This document shows positions 9,635-18,976 of a stretch of DNA of 64,000 nucleotides, piece after piece; positions within the stretch are counted from its first letter, which is position 1, and each line of letters opens with the position of its first letter. Location of the stretch: IMG/VR virus record IMGVR_UViG_3300030329_003925, positions 13,220-77,219 of that record; one strand, 5' to 3'. Made by a program: the position numbers and the translations under genes. The stretch comes from a virus. The notes beneath the pieces were generated by a model. The model did no database searches, had not been told where the DNA came from, and saw only the letters and a list, made by a program, of their open reading frames with translations.

Positions 9635-10090
9635 CTACTTTTCTATTTCTCTTATTGTGCCGCAAACATTTATAGGCTCTATGGGTTCATAGTCGCTTAT
9701 TTGGAAGTCATTTGACTCCATACTTTTCGCTTCTACAAGGGGGTTTGTAGCTATCGTAATATGAGGGTGGTTGGGACCCCTCATCGGAAGTGCAACGCCT
9801 TCTAGGTCCACTAGAGCGCTTGCTACGCGGTCGTTTAAAGCGATACCCACAACTTTGACGCATAAACCAGTCCCAAGCCAGCGAGAAGGTAGCCTTCTCT
9901 TCATTTCTGGAGGGCTGATGATGGTCATGTGGTGTGCAATGGGCGTCCAGCCCTCTGGGGCATACGGAACCAAGGCTCGGTGACCCAAATCGTTGAGGAC
10001 AAGCCCTGTATACTCGATATGTTTAGCCATATCGGTCCCAAGGGAGATCTCGGACAGATGATCGCGCCAATTTTCAAGTAGGAGCTTCAT
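9635..10090 (-). CDS. 2H phosphoesterase with class A leader
   Basis: Two HxT motifs (HMTI, HITI); MKLLLENWRDHLSE leader. Confidence 0.75.
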   Translation of the reverse strand: MKLLLENWRDHLSEISLGTDMAKHIEYTGLVLNDLGHRALVPYAPEGWTPIAHHMTIISPPEMKRRLPSRWLGTGLCVKVVGIALNDRVASALVDLEGVALPMRGPNHPHITIATNPLVEAKSMESNDFQISDYEPIEPINVCGTIREIEK

Positions 10091-10476
10091 TCTACTCCTC
10101 CGAACATTCTCTTGAATATTTTGGGTGTATCTGGATTATCCAGATCTAAAATCTTTGCTTTTATCGTCTCAACCTTTTGGTTGATAGCCTTTTGTAGTCG
10201 ATGGTTGCCGTCTAAGACATACTTAAACTCGCCACCTTTTCTTACAACTATGATAGGAAACTCTAAACTTGCTGCTTTAACTCGCTCTTCACCGCGTGTT
10301 GGAAGAGGAGGTATCTGATTAGAAAGTTCTAAAACATTAAGATCAACTGTTTTATTACCCAAGAAGTCATCAATCTCACCGAGTGTGACCTTTTCTTCGT
10401 CGGTTTCCCACGATGTATCACGCCAACTTTTGTTTTCGTTGATAAACTTGTTCCAGTTTTCAAGTATGAGTTTCAT
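10087..10476 (-). CDS. ParB/Sulfiredoxin-like domain protein with class A leader
   Basis: PIIV...VLDGNHRL motif; MKLILENWNKFINE leader. Confidence 0.75.
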   Translation of the reverse strand: MKLILENWNKFINENKSWRDTSWETDEEKVTLGEIDDFLGNKTVDLNVLELSNQIPPLPTRGEERVKAASLEFPIIVVRKGGEFKYVLDGNHRLQKAINQKVETIKAKILDLDNPDTPKIFKRMFGGVE

Positions 10477-11672
10477 TGCCCAATAAATCCTACGATATCG
10501 TTATAAGTATTGTCCAGTTGTCGATTATGGATGGCAGCAAGAACTTTTCTGAAAGCATCACCTATCTGTTGTCCTCGGAATCCTAGTTCCATCATCTCTC
10601 TGCCGTTAATGTCGAGTTCCTTGGGAGAGAGAGGAAACTGTAATGCCTCTTCAATCTTGTCGGCTTGCTGAGTCATGCCAGCCTGCCGAAGAACACTAGC
10701 AATCAAGGGGAGTCTCCCTCGTTGTCCGCCCCCATACTCATAAACTTCTTTTGTATCCTCGGCTGCTTCCTGAGCAAGTTCAAGATATTGAACCATTTCG
10801 TTGGTGGGGCGCATCATATTGTGGTCGCCCCCTTCCAGAAAGAACGCAATGAAGTTGCCGAGTGTCTTGTCTTGGTTGTTGCCCCCGACCTCGATTGCGT
10901 AGGGATTAAAATCTTCTCCAAATATTGTTTTCCCGATTCCTGTCTCCTTCAAGAGCGAAACCAGTATATGGGCGTTGCCCGAGCCTTTCGTCCACGCCTT
11001 TGCAAGCTCCATAAACAGGCGTTCACCTGCAACCGACCCAATATCTCCCACATTTTTCTTGATGGCGTCTAAAGTTTCAGGCTCAATGGCGAAACCAAAG
11101 CGAGTGGCGAACTGAATAGCACGAAACATTCTCAAGGGATCTTCTTTAAATCTCTCATTAGGATCTCCCACGGTTCTGATAATTTTATTTTTTAAGTCTT
11201 CCTGTCCTCCGAACAAATCTATGATATTGCCTTCGGAGTCTTTGGCGAGAGCATTGATGGTAAAGTCTCTTCTGCCCAAATCAGACTCCACAGGAGCATT
11301 GGGATCTGTCTCCACATCAAACTCTGTGTGTTTCTCGCCCGTCTTTGTTTCGGAGGTTCTGGGAATGGCAAAGTCAAATTCCTCTCCATCAATTGTTGCA
11401 GTCACCACCCCAAATGCTTGCCCTACCTCTTTTACTTTTCCGAGAGGAGACAAAACAGAAACAATATCAGAGAGTGACAAGCCACGCACAAGGAAATCAA
11501 CATCTTTGGATGGGGGAGTGTCAGGCAGGAGTTCATCTCGCACTGCTCCTCCTACAATATAACTTTCACCACCGCCCTGCTCTAGTGCTGCTTCAATCTT
11601 TTCAATTGTAGCTGGATCGACTGCTTCATTGAGTTTCACAAACTCTCGCCAATTTTCAAGTAGGAGTTTCAT
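10473..11672 (-). CDS. cca: Class II tRNA nucleotidyltransferase (CCA-adding enzyme) with class A leader
   Basis: VGGAVRD, DVD, RRDFTINAL, RFKEDPLR motifs; flexible loop present; no HD domain; start reassigned to MKLLLENWREF. Confidence 0.88.
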   Translation of the reverse strand: MKLLLENWREFVKLNEAVDPATIEKIEAALEQGGGESYIVGGAVRDELLPDTPPSKDVDFLVRGLSLSDIVSVLSPLGKVKEVGQAFGVVTATIDGEEFDFAIPRTSETKTGEKHTEFDVETDPNAPVESDLGRRDFTINALAKDSEGNIIDLFGGQEDLKNKIIRTVGDPNERFKEDPLRMFRAIQFATRFGFAIEPETLDAIKKNVGDIGSVAGERLFMELAKAWTKGSGNAHILVSLLKETGIGKTIFGEDFNPYAIEVGGNNQDKTLGNFIAFFLEGGDHNMMRPTNEMVQYLELAQEAAEDTKEVYEYGGGQRGRLPLIASVLRQAGMTQQADKIEEALQFPLSPKELDINGREMMELGFRGQQIGDAFRKVLAAIHNRQLDNTYNDIVGFIGQ

Positions 11673-11711
11673 ATTCTTAATTAGTCTAGCCAGATGATAA
11701 GAGACGCAATA

Positions 11712-11742
11712 AAAAAAGGGCAGCGCGTTATGCACTGCCCTT
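11712..11742 (-). terminator. Rho-independent terminator
   Basis: AAGGGCAG(T/C)GC stem followed by a U-run on the minus strand. Confidence 0.7.
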
Positions 11743-11763
11743 CGTTGCCCCCGGTTAAGGAGC

Positions 11764-11991
11764 CTACTTGTTCATGATGGTCATCAGCACCCAAAGGGCA
11801 ACCAGACCAACGAGACCTTCGCTTCCAAGCTGAGCAGTAATGTCGATAACACTACCGACAACATCCAGAGGGAAGAACGGCACACTTGCTCCGAAAAGCA
11901 CCTGAAGCACAACAGCGAGGGCGAGCAGAGACACAGAAAAATCTGTGAGCCCCTTAACCCAAGTTCCGGCTGTTTGTAATCTTTCCAACAT
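11764..11991 (-). CDS. Small two-TM membrane protein
   Basis: Strong RBS (AAGGAG); two hydrophobic segments; followed by a terminator. Confidence 0.7.
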   Translation of the reverse strand: MLERLQTAGTWVKGLTDFSVSLLALAVVLQVLFGASVPFFPLDVVGSVIDITAQLGSEGLVGLVALWVLMTIMNK

Positions 11992-12110
11992 ATTATTTTC
12001 CTCCTTAACACATGAGTTTGTGTTGCCGGTAACTACCTCCCAGAAACTTCAAAAGCCCCACCGAGAGGACATTCACTATTCATTCCAGATTACGCATTCT
12101 GCGTATTTTT

Positions 12111-12800
12111 TTACGCAGTCTGGGGCTTTCCGACCATGATCTTCATGTGTTTTTCGCCGCCAATGTCTCGGGTATACCATCCATTGTAGCCATCGTATTT
12201 GCCCTCTGGGTGAGGACCGATCCATTCGATCTCTTTTCCAAGAGTCTTGCGAACTGTTTCTTCGTCATTTACGGGAGGAACGCCGTGATACTTAATCAGC
12301 ACATGTGCTAGACCTTTGGAAACCTCGCCATAGAACCCATCATCAAACATCATTTCAGCGGTCTTGTTGATGTATCTCTTAATAGCCTCTTGGGAACCAT
12401 CGTGACCACCGGCACCCAATTTCTTGCCCTTATTGATGCGCAACACATCAGGCTTCGGGTCACCATCAATATCCAGTGCAAGATAATTGTCGTATTTGCC
12501 CGGTAGATCTTGAGCCTTCTGGAGTTTTATGTGCCCTCCGATGCTCTTGTAAGCAGTATTAATAAGATTGAATAGCTCTCCCGCTATGTTAACGTCGCCG
12601 CCTTGCTCCGTCGCCGCTTGACGTATATCTTCGACTGGCACGGTAAACCATTCATCCTTGGCAATCCCATAATCTTCCCATTTTTTCTCTTGGAGACCAT
12701 CTGGCTCCATATATGGATGGTCATCAAGATATTTTTTCATGCGAGGATCAACTTTTTCCTCTTTCATGAATTTGCGCCAGTTTTCGAATAGGAGTTTCAT
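12111..12800 (-). CDS. Leader-bearing hypothetical protein
   Basis: MKLLFENWRKFMKEE leader. Confidence 0.65.
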   Translation of the reverse strand: MKLLFENWRKFMKEEKVDPRMKKYLDDHPYMEPDGLQEKKWEDYGIAKDEWFTVPVEDIRQAATEQGGDVNIAGELFNLINTAYKSIGGHIKLQKAQDLPGKYDNYLALDIDGDPKPDVLRINKGKKLGAGGHDGSQEAIKRYINKTAEMMFDDGFYGEVSKGLAHVLIKYHGVPPVNDEETVRKTLGKEIEWIGPHPEGKYDGYNGWYTRDIGGEKHMKIMVGKPQTA

Positions 12801-12827
12801 TTGTTCCCTCTTGGTGAATTCACCAGA

Positions 12828-13139
12828 TCAATCCATGTCGTCAATGCGGTTATAGTCGGGATCATTTGCCAGCACATCAAGTGCTTCTTCTAAGCGTCTG
12901 ATAACAAGGTGGGTCGTTCCCGGCTCGTCACCTCCATCTTGGAGCATCTGAATAGCGTCTTGGATATGGTATGCCACGGAACCCTCTTCGGGTACGCCTT
13001 CATCGGTGCCCACAGTAAACGGTAGGTCAGTCTTAGAACCGGCGCCGCCTATTTTCGTGAAAGTAACGTTGGGGCGGTCGAACAGGTCGTCTAGTTCTTC
13101 CTTGATGACTTGTTTCAGTTTTGCTTTTGTGATTTTCAT
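12828..13139 (-). CDS. Small class B leader protein
   Basis: MKITKAKLKQVIKEEL. Confidence 0.65.
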   Translation of the reverse strand: MKITKAKLKQVIKEELDDLFDRPNVTFTKIGGAGSKTDLPFTVGTDEGVPEEGSVAYHIQDAIQMLQDGGDEPGTTHLVIRRLEEALDVLANDPDYNRIDDMD

Positions 13140-13369
13140 TTCTTTGCCATCTCCATCTCAATGTCATCAGCCATCGTTCTAAGCACCCTTATAACATGTG
13201 CATCGCCGCGCAACTCCTGTAAATCAATCACCGCGTTGACGAGCTTGTCTCCGATTTCCGCGTCCACCTTCCAGTCATAGTCGCGTGTAGTGCCATCTGG
13301 GTATGGGAATTCGCCTTCTTCTAGCTCTTCCTTAATGATTTGTTTTAATTTTGCTTTTGTGATTTTCAT
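13136..13369 (-). CDS. Small class B leader protein
   Basis: MKITKAKLKQIIKEEL. Confidence 0.65.
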   Translation of the reverse strand: MKITKAKLKQIIKEELEEGEFPYPDGTTRDYDWKVDAEIGDKLVNAVIDLQELRGDAHVIRVLRTMADDIEMEMAKK

Positions 13370-13374
13370 AACGG

Positions 13375-14430
13375 CTATCCTTTAATTGTTCGATAGAAAT
13401 ATTCAGTCCAGATTCTCTGAGATTCTGAAAGTGTTCGGGGATCGTGCTCACCGGAGACGCCTTTGCCTGTGGCTTTCCCGCGTTTTCCGAGATATTCTTT
13501 GCTTCGACGGCGAGAATAATCATTGGGGACAATATATTTTTCGCCATCTGGTAAAATAACTGTCAAATCGCCGCCAACATTGATCTTTTTAGCGACCATT
13601 TCGACCCACGAGTCCCAAAGTTGCCTAGAGATGTCAGCAGTTTGTGTAAGTTCAGCAATATGCTTGAGAAAATCAATATATCGCTCAGCCAACTTGATGC
13701 CGCCCTTGGTAAGAGTTATAATTCCGCTGGCTTTGTCCCTCTTTTTGCCGGGGGTCTTGAATGTTGGGTGCCCTTTGTCGTTGACTGTGATCAATTTGCC
13801 TTCTGGGTCGAGCCCCTTATAGAGATTCATGTTGATAGAATCGATACAGCCCAAGCGTCCAATGACCAATTGCGATGCAAAGGCAGCTTTGGGCAGACCA
13901 AGCCCCGGAACAGTCATCAACTTGAGATAAATTTCAAATTGCGCCTCTTCTTGAGCAATTGTATTACCTCCAGCGTTATTAAACTTGTCGATGACAGGCA
14001 TAATGTCTGCATAGAAGGAATCTCGGTTCTCCCAGATGGATTGAATGGCATTTTTTCTGAATCCGAGGGTCAGAGAGCCAATTGTTTTGGGAAGATGGTA
14101 AAATCTTTTTCCTTTTTCGTCCACGCTGGACTGTTTTGGGTCCAAAAGCATGTCGTGTTCACGAATATAAGCCATGAGGATAGGAAATTTCTCAACCACG
14201 TCATACCAGCGCGATCTTTGCGTTGCAACGACAAAAATAAGCATTTCTGCCATCCCTTCTGGTGAAGATTGGGCATATTGGTTGATTGTGGGGTTAAATT
14301 CACAAAAACCAGAGTCAAGTTCGCCAGAAAGGTCCAAAACATTGGGATCATCATCGATTTCGATCTCAATTTCTTCTTCTTCCTCGGCTTCTTTGAGAAA
14401 TTTTCTGAAATTTTCAATTAATAGCTTCAT
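13375..14430 (-). CDS. Leader-bearing HhH DNA glycosylase-like protein
   Basis: LMTVPGLGLPKAAF...LGCID (HhH followed by the catalytic Asp region); MKLLIENFRKFLKE leader. Confidence 0.55.
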   Translation of the reverse strand: MKLLIENFRKFLKEAEEEEEIEIEIDDDPNVLDLSGELDSGFCEFNPTINQYAQSSPEGMAEMLIFVVATQRSRWYDVVEKFPILMAYIREHDMLLDPKQSSVDEKGKRFYHLPKTIGSLTLGFRKNAIQSIWENRDSFYADIMPVIDKFNNAGGNTIAQEEAQFEIYLKLMTVPGLGLPKAAFASQLVIGRLGCIDSINMNLYKGLDPEGKLITVNDKGHPTFKTPGKKRDKASGIITLTKGGIKLAERYIDFLKHIAELTQTADISRQLWDSWVEMVAKKINVGGDLTVILPDGEKYIVPNDYSRRRSKEYLGKRGKATGKGVSGEHDPRTLSESQRIWTEYFYRTIKG

Positions 14431-14473
14431 GGGGAGGTCCTTTTGGAATAAATAGTCTCTTTTTGAGACAATA

Positions 14474-14779
14474 TCAGAATCTATTTTGCAATTGTATCTT
14501 TAAAGACTCGTTTTCTCTCTTGACATAGTTCAATTCGACTTTCATAGCGGCTACGTCGGTCTTCAAGATGGTGACAGCCTTCATACAGATCTCTCTTTCT
14601 GCCTCTAACTTGTCAACACGGCGCATAAGGTCTTCTCGATACGCTAATCTTTCGTTTTTTGCCTCTTTTCTTTGTTCTGCACGGGTTCTTAGGACCGCTT
14701 CATAGAATTTCCACCCTCCGGCAGACAAAAGTCCTGTGACTATGCAGGTAACAATGGCTGTGATCGTTGCATTATCCAT
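14474..14779 (-). CDS. Membrane-anchored coiled-coil protein (holin/antiholin-like)
   Basis: N-terminal TM helix plus coiled coil. Confidence 0.5.
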   Translation of the reverse strand: MDNATITAIVTCIVTGLLSAGGWKFYEAVLRTRAEQRKEAKNERLAYREDLMRRVDKLEAEREICMKAVTILKTDVAAMKVELNYVKRENESLKIQLQNRF

Positions 14780-15194
14780 TTATCTTCTTGTGTAAAGCCT
14801 CTTTTTTCATTTTTGCGTAAATCCATAGCCATAAAATGAAATAAACGAACGTAATTGTCAGATTTCTAACAATAACTAGTTCGAATTCCAGATCAGGAGT
14901 CGAATATAGGTCAACCAAGAAGCGAATTGTGGAAAAAATATGCATCATAAGGTATGCTGCAACAAATTTTACACACCATTCCACCCTGTGGAGGGTGGTA
15001 AGCAGTCCCAAACTGATAATCAGGTATGCCCAGTACACAAAGTAGGTGTCTGGTTGACCCGCTTCTTGCCAAAAAGATAAATTTGTCCACAAAACCTGAT
15101 TATTGAAAAGGTCAGAGACGCTCCAGAACAACAAAAGCGGCTGATAATCGTAGTAGACGAGAATATCTTTATATTTTGCAATTAAATTACGCAC
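14772..15194 (-). CDS. Multi-pass membrane protein
   Basis: Three to four hydrophobic segments. Confidence 0.6.
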   Translation of the reverse strand: MRNLIAKYKDILVYYDYQPLLLFWSVSDLFNNQVLWTNLSFWQEAGQPDTYFVYWAYLIISLGLLTTLHRVEWCVKFVAAYLMMHIFSTIRFLVDLYSTPDLEFELVIVRNLTITFVYFILWLWIYAKMKKEALHKKING

Positions 15195-15228
15195 TTCGAA
15201 CTTAAATAGTCACGTTTTGACGCAATCT

Positions 15229-15501
15229 TTATTGGTTTTTCATGTGGCGGATGCGATCCTCGGCATATTTTTGTCGCATATCGCTTAAGCCACCATCAAT
15301 TTTCTCAATAGCCTTCTGCAAAAGGTGCTCTTGTTCTGTCAATTTCTGCACAATTTGCTCTTGATGGTAGTGAAGAATCTCTTTTGAGGCTTTTTCTTCC
15401 TCTTTCATGTCTTTTCGCTGTTGCCAGTTCATCCACAGTAGCGAAGCGGTCCACAATCCCAAGGGACCATACTGTGCAAGACCTTCGATGATTGATTCCA
15501 T
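15229..15501 (-). CDS. Putative holin (BhlA-like)
   Basis: LAQYGPLGLW single TM helix followed by coiled coil. Confidence 0.5.
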   Translation of the reverse strand: MESIIEGLAQYGPLGLWTASLLWMNWQQRKDMKEEEKASKEILHYHQEQIVQKLTEQEHLLQKAIEKIDGGLSDMRQKYAEDRIRHMKNQ

Positions 15502-15564
15502 ATCATGGTACCCCCTTTTTTCCTTTATAATTAGAGTCTACACACTGACAAAACCACATTTTTT

Positions 15565-15777
15565 CTATCGGAGGACCTTAAAATATTTTTTGCACCCCTG
15601 AGTGTATTTGAACTGAGTGACTCCGCAAACAGGTCTACCCGTAATCACCCAAAAGAAGCCATCTGGAGCGTCATCATGAAAGCAGTAAACGATCATCCCA
15701 GCCTTCAGAACTCCAATGTCTTCCACACACAAAAGACTCATTCCGTCAAGGGGCTTCTGGTACAAGATGATACTCAT
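15565..15777 (-). CDS. Small hypothetical protein
   Basis: ORF with GAGG RBS. Confidence 0.5.
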   Translation of the reverse strand: MSIILYQKPLDGMSLLCVEDIGVLKAGMIVYCFHDDAPDGFFWVITGRPVCGVTQFKYTQGCKKYFKVLR

Positions 15778-15783
15778 ATAACC

Positions 15784-16665
15784 TCAAATGCAGCTTAAAT
15801 AACGCTCTCCTCTGTCGCACAGCATGGTGATGATCACACCATCTGGATTGTTCTGTGACTCCCATTGTTCAGCAGCATAAACATTCGCTCCAGAACTAAT
15901 GCCAACAAGAATGCCGCTATTCTTAATTAGTTGCCGAGCGCGTTCTTTCGCCACTTCCGTGGGAACTGTGATGATTTCATCCACTTTGTCGAGGTCCACC
16001 AAGAACTTTGAGCCATCACCGATGCCCTGAATGCCATGCAATCCCGGCTCTCCTCCGCTCATGACAGCAGATTCGGCAGGTTCAATGGCAACAATTTTGA
16101 CATCAGGATAAAAAGCACGCAAAGTTTTTGCCACGCCCATGATTGTGCCGCCCGTACCGGTCCCAGAAACAAACGCTGAGGGCTTTAAGTCGTTCTCCCT
16201 CAAAAACTCAACGATCTCAGCACCAGTTGTCAAAGCATGACACTGAATATTGAGAGGGTTATGAAACTGATTGGTGTTAAACCAGCCGTTTTCTTCAGCC
16301 AGTTTATCACGAAGAGCAATAGCCCCATCAAAATCGCCAGCTTCAACCTCGATTAGTTCCGCACCGAGTGTACGCATCATAGATTTTCTTTCTTCTGACA
16401 TGTTAGAGGGCATAATAATTTTCATTTTATAGCCTCTCTCTGCCGCAATCAGAGCAAAAGCAATACCAGTGTTTCCACTGGTTGCTTCAACGAGTGTGTC
16501 ACCGGTCTCTATGAGACCAAGTTCCTCTGCGCTGTTAATGATATATGCAGCAATTCGGTCCTTCACGCTTCCCGAAGGATTATAAGTTTCAAATTTGGCA
16601 AATATTTTTTTGCCAACTCCAATCATGGGGGTTTTCCCCACGCAATCTGAAGGTCTAAGCATCAC
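15784..16665 (-). CDS. cysK: Cysteine synthase (O-acetylserine sulfhydrylase, PLP-dependent)
   Basis: NPSGSVKDR, EATSGNTG, GTGTGGT, HGIQGIG, DRGERYLS. Confidence 0.93.
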   Translation of the reverse strand: MMLRPSDCVGKTPMIGVGKKIFAKFETYNPSGSVKDRIAAYIINSAEELGLIETGDTLVEATSGNTGIAFALIAAERGYKMKIIMPSNMSEERKSMMRTLGAELIEVEAGDFDGAIALRDKLAEENGWFNTNQFHNPLNIQCHALTTGAEIVEFLRENDLKPSAFVSGTGTGGTIMGVAKTLRAFYPDVKIVAIEPAESAVMSGGEPGLHGIQGIGDGSKFLVDLDKVDEIITVPTEVAKERARQLIKNSGILVGISSGANVYAAEQWESQNNPDGVIITMLCDRGERYLSCI

Positions 16666-16757
16666 TTGTTGCCGAAATCATGAAAGCCGAAACTATATCC
16701 GACATAGTAGGAAAGTAACATAAGCCCTCCTACAAAGAGCATATCCAAAAAAGTCAT
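16662..16757 (-). CDS. 31-aa single-TM peptide (not in ORF track)
   Basis: AAGGAG RBS; MTFLDMLFVGGLMLLSYYVGYSFGFHDFGNK; GTGA overlap with cysK. Confidence 0.5.
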   Translation of the reverse strand: MTFLDMLFVGGLMLLSYYVGYSFGFHDFGNK

Positions 16758-16767
16758 TTCGTCTCCT

Positions 16768-17112
16768 TTAACGACTGTCTGTTTGGTCAACGGGACTACC
16801 CCTAGCATAATCAACCCTCCCCCCAGCATCAGACGAAGCTTTTAGGGCTGTATAACACTGCGAAAGAATGTCTCCTTGAGTTGCTCTGGCGGTGTTTCGA
16901 GTGTGGGTAAAAATAAATTGAATACTATCAATAGGGTCTTTGTCATTGTCGTAGTCTGTCTTGCTATTGAAGATGTCAATTTCTGCTGTAACGTTATTGG
17001 TCACGCTAGAATTGTTAAGCTCCAATGTTCGAACAATGTGAAATGCGTTAGAAGCTGTAAATCCGTGTGGGCTTACATGACTCATAACGACCCCTAATGG
17101 TGGTGCTGCCAT
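16768..17112 (-). CDS. Hypothetical protein (possible virion/tail associated)
   Basis: ORF with AAGGAG RBS. Confidence 0.5.
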   Translation of the reverse strand: MAAPPLGVVMSHVSPHGFTASNAFHIVRTLELNNSSVTNNVTAEIDIFNSKTDYDNDKDPIDSIQFIFTHTRNTARATQGDILSQCYTALKASSDAGGRVDYARGSPVDQTDSR

Positions 17113-17124
17113 ATTCTATCTCCT

Positions 17125-17571
17125 TTAAAATCCGCCTTGAACGGCTCTTCCAATTGCTGTGAGAGCTTCTGGATCAAACATACGGTGGTCCGCACCGATA
17201 GGTATAACCGCTGAAGCTCCCTCAAGCTCCCGAGAATCCTCGAAAGGAATAATGTCATCCGCAGGTGAGTGGATAACAATTGTATCAGAGGGCACGGTTG
17301 GAGGAATGCCATAATTTCTCCATGCAGGTGCGACAAGAACAAGCCGAGCACCGTGAGGATTCACAGCCATTGCCACTGCACCGCCGCGAGAAGAGCCAAC
17401 AATAACGTCCGGTTGCTCATCATCGATGACTTGTTGCGCGATAGAAACAGACTCAGGAAAGCTGCTCTTCGGCAAAGCAGGGTTTAAAACTTCATAACCC
17501 ATATCTTCCAGATAGACAGCTTTGGAGCCACCCGGCTTTGATTCCAGCCCATGCAAAAATAATACTTTCAT
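17125..17571 (-). CDS. Alpha/beta hydrolase (YqiA-like esterase)
   Basis: FLHGLES, GSSRGG, D..IP, DH. Confidence 0.85.
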   Translation of the reverse strand: MKVLFLHGLESKPGGSKAVYLEDMGYEVLNPALPKSSFPESVSIAQQVIDDEQPDVIVGSSRGGAVAMAVNPHGARLVLVAPAWRNYGIPPTVPSDTIVIHSPADDIIPFEDSRELEGASAVIPIGADHRMFDPEALTAIGRAVQGGF

Positions 17572-17656
17572 TTTGACCTCGATACCTTAAATAGTTTATA
17601 ACACGGGACAGGACAAAAGGCAAGGAAAAACGTCGATTATTTTTTTCGGGATTTTT

Positions 17657-18748
17657 TTATTCTATGACGATCTCGTATGTATAGATTGCACCATTCGCAG
17701 AAGCAATCATCTTGGTTGCATCCCGAGAAATAGAGAAGTCAAACATGCCATCCCATGCAATGCCATCACCCCAGATAGTACCTTGTGCCCCATCATAGGC
17801 AACGAAAGAGCCGGGAGCAGAAAGATCTTCATAGACGAGAGCAAAGACAGCACCTGTTTCGCCAACAGGGGCAAGATCATAAATGTTGCCTTCTGCTTCG
17901 GTGCGCCATAAAAGGGTTCCCGAATTATCAACAGCCCCGAGGGTGGTGCCGCCTTCCCAAGCAACGACTGCCGTATTGTGAGCAGCATCATAGGCAACCA
18001 TATCTCCGGCGTCATCAGCAATCAGGCGATAGCCCATATCACTAATAGCATAAACATCACCGTTGGCAAGATAAATAATATCGTCATATTCGTTCACAGA
18101 GATCATTGGCTCATCAGCACACAGGCTACTGGGCACCTCAACAGAAGCAACCCCACCTGCGTGATCTCGGCGTGAAACCTGACAAATCTCGGACTGCTCA
18201 ACAGTCACGAAACCATCGGCTGTGACCTTGGCAGCAACCAAGCCGGGAACAATATAATGTTGGTCGCCATAGGAGGGAGACCAAAAGCCAATATCGTCAT
18301 CGCACAGATACATTACCCGACCTTGCTCATCATACTCAACAGGGATATCCGGGCAACTCTGATTATTATAGTCTGCACCAGATAAGAAGCCACCGGGGTT
18401 ATACTCACAGGAGTTACCACCCGACATGCCCAACATTCCAGTGTTGCCGTCATGGGAGAGGGCAAGACCATTGATGCCATACCATCCCAAAGCGGTCTGA
18501 ACAGTGGAGAGGGTTGGGACCGGCTCGGGTTTTTCGATCTCCTTCTCGGGACGCTCCGGTCTATCGAAGTTTAATTCATCAGGCATAAAGACATCTGGAG
18601 AAGATTCCTCCATCGGATGCAAAGCCTCTTGCAAGACCGCTTCTTGTTCTCCCTCATGGGGTGCAAGAAAAGTTAGTTCATTCGAATAAGTGATTGTGTC
18701 AGAACTCTCAACACAACCCGCCAACAAGGCAATAATAAATAGCCGCAT
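17657..18748 (-). CDS. Lipoprotein, probable beta-propeller
   Basis: Lipobox LAGC; acidic beta-rich repeats. Confidence 0.6.
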   Translation of the reverse strand: MRLFIIALLAGCVESSDTITYSNELTFLAPHEGEQEAVLQEALHPMEESSPDVFMPDELNFDRPERPEKEIEKPEPVPTLSTVQTALGWYGINGLALSHDGNTGMLGMSGGNSCEYNPGGFLSGADYNNQSCPDIPVEYDEQGRVMYLCDDDIGFWSPSYGDQHYIVPGLVAAKVTADGFVTVEQSEICQVSRRDHAGGVASVEVPSSLCADEPMISVNEYDDIIYLANGDVYAISDMGYRLIADDAGDMVAYDAAHNTAVVAWEGGTTLGAVDNSGTLLWRTEAEGNIYDLAPVGETGAVFALVYEDLSAPGSFVAYDGAQGTIWGDGIAWDGMFDFSISRDATKMIASANGAIYTYEIVIE

Positions 18749-18976
18749 AGTATTCCTCCTGTGGGTACGAAGTAACTAGTCGGCGTTAAGCCATCAGTCG
18801 AGGGTGTCATATGGAGGATAGAGTGCGTAGCCCATAAAGCAGCTTAAACCGGCGTTCTCGCCGCGATATTTTTTGCATATTTTTTTCCAACCTTGAGCCC
18901 ACTTAAGGTTGTTCAAAGTTCAGCAGCATCATAAAATATAGTTTGTTCCCCGTGTTTGGGGGAGTGGATGATTAGT

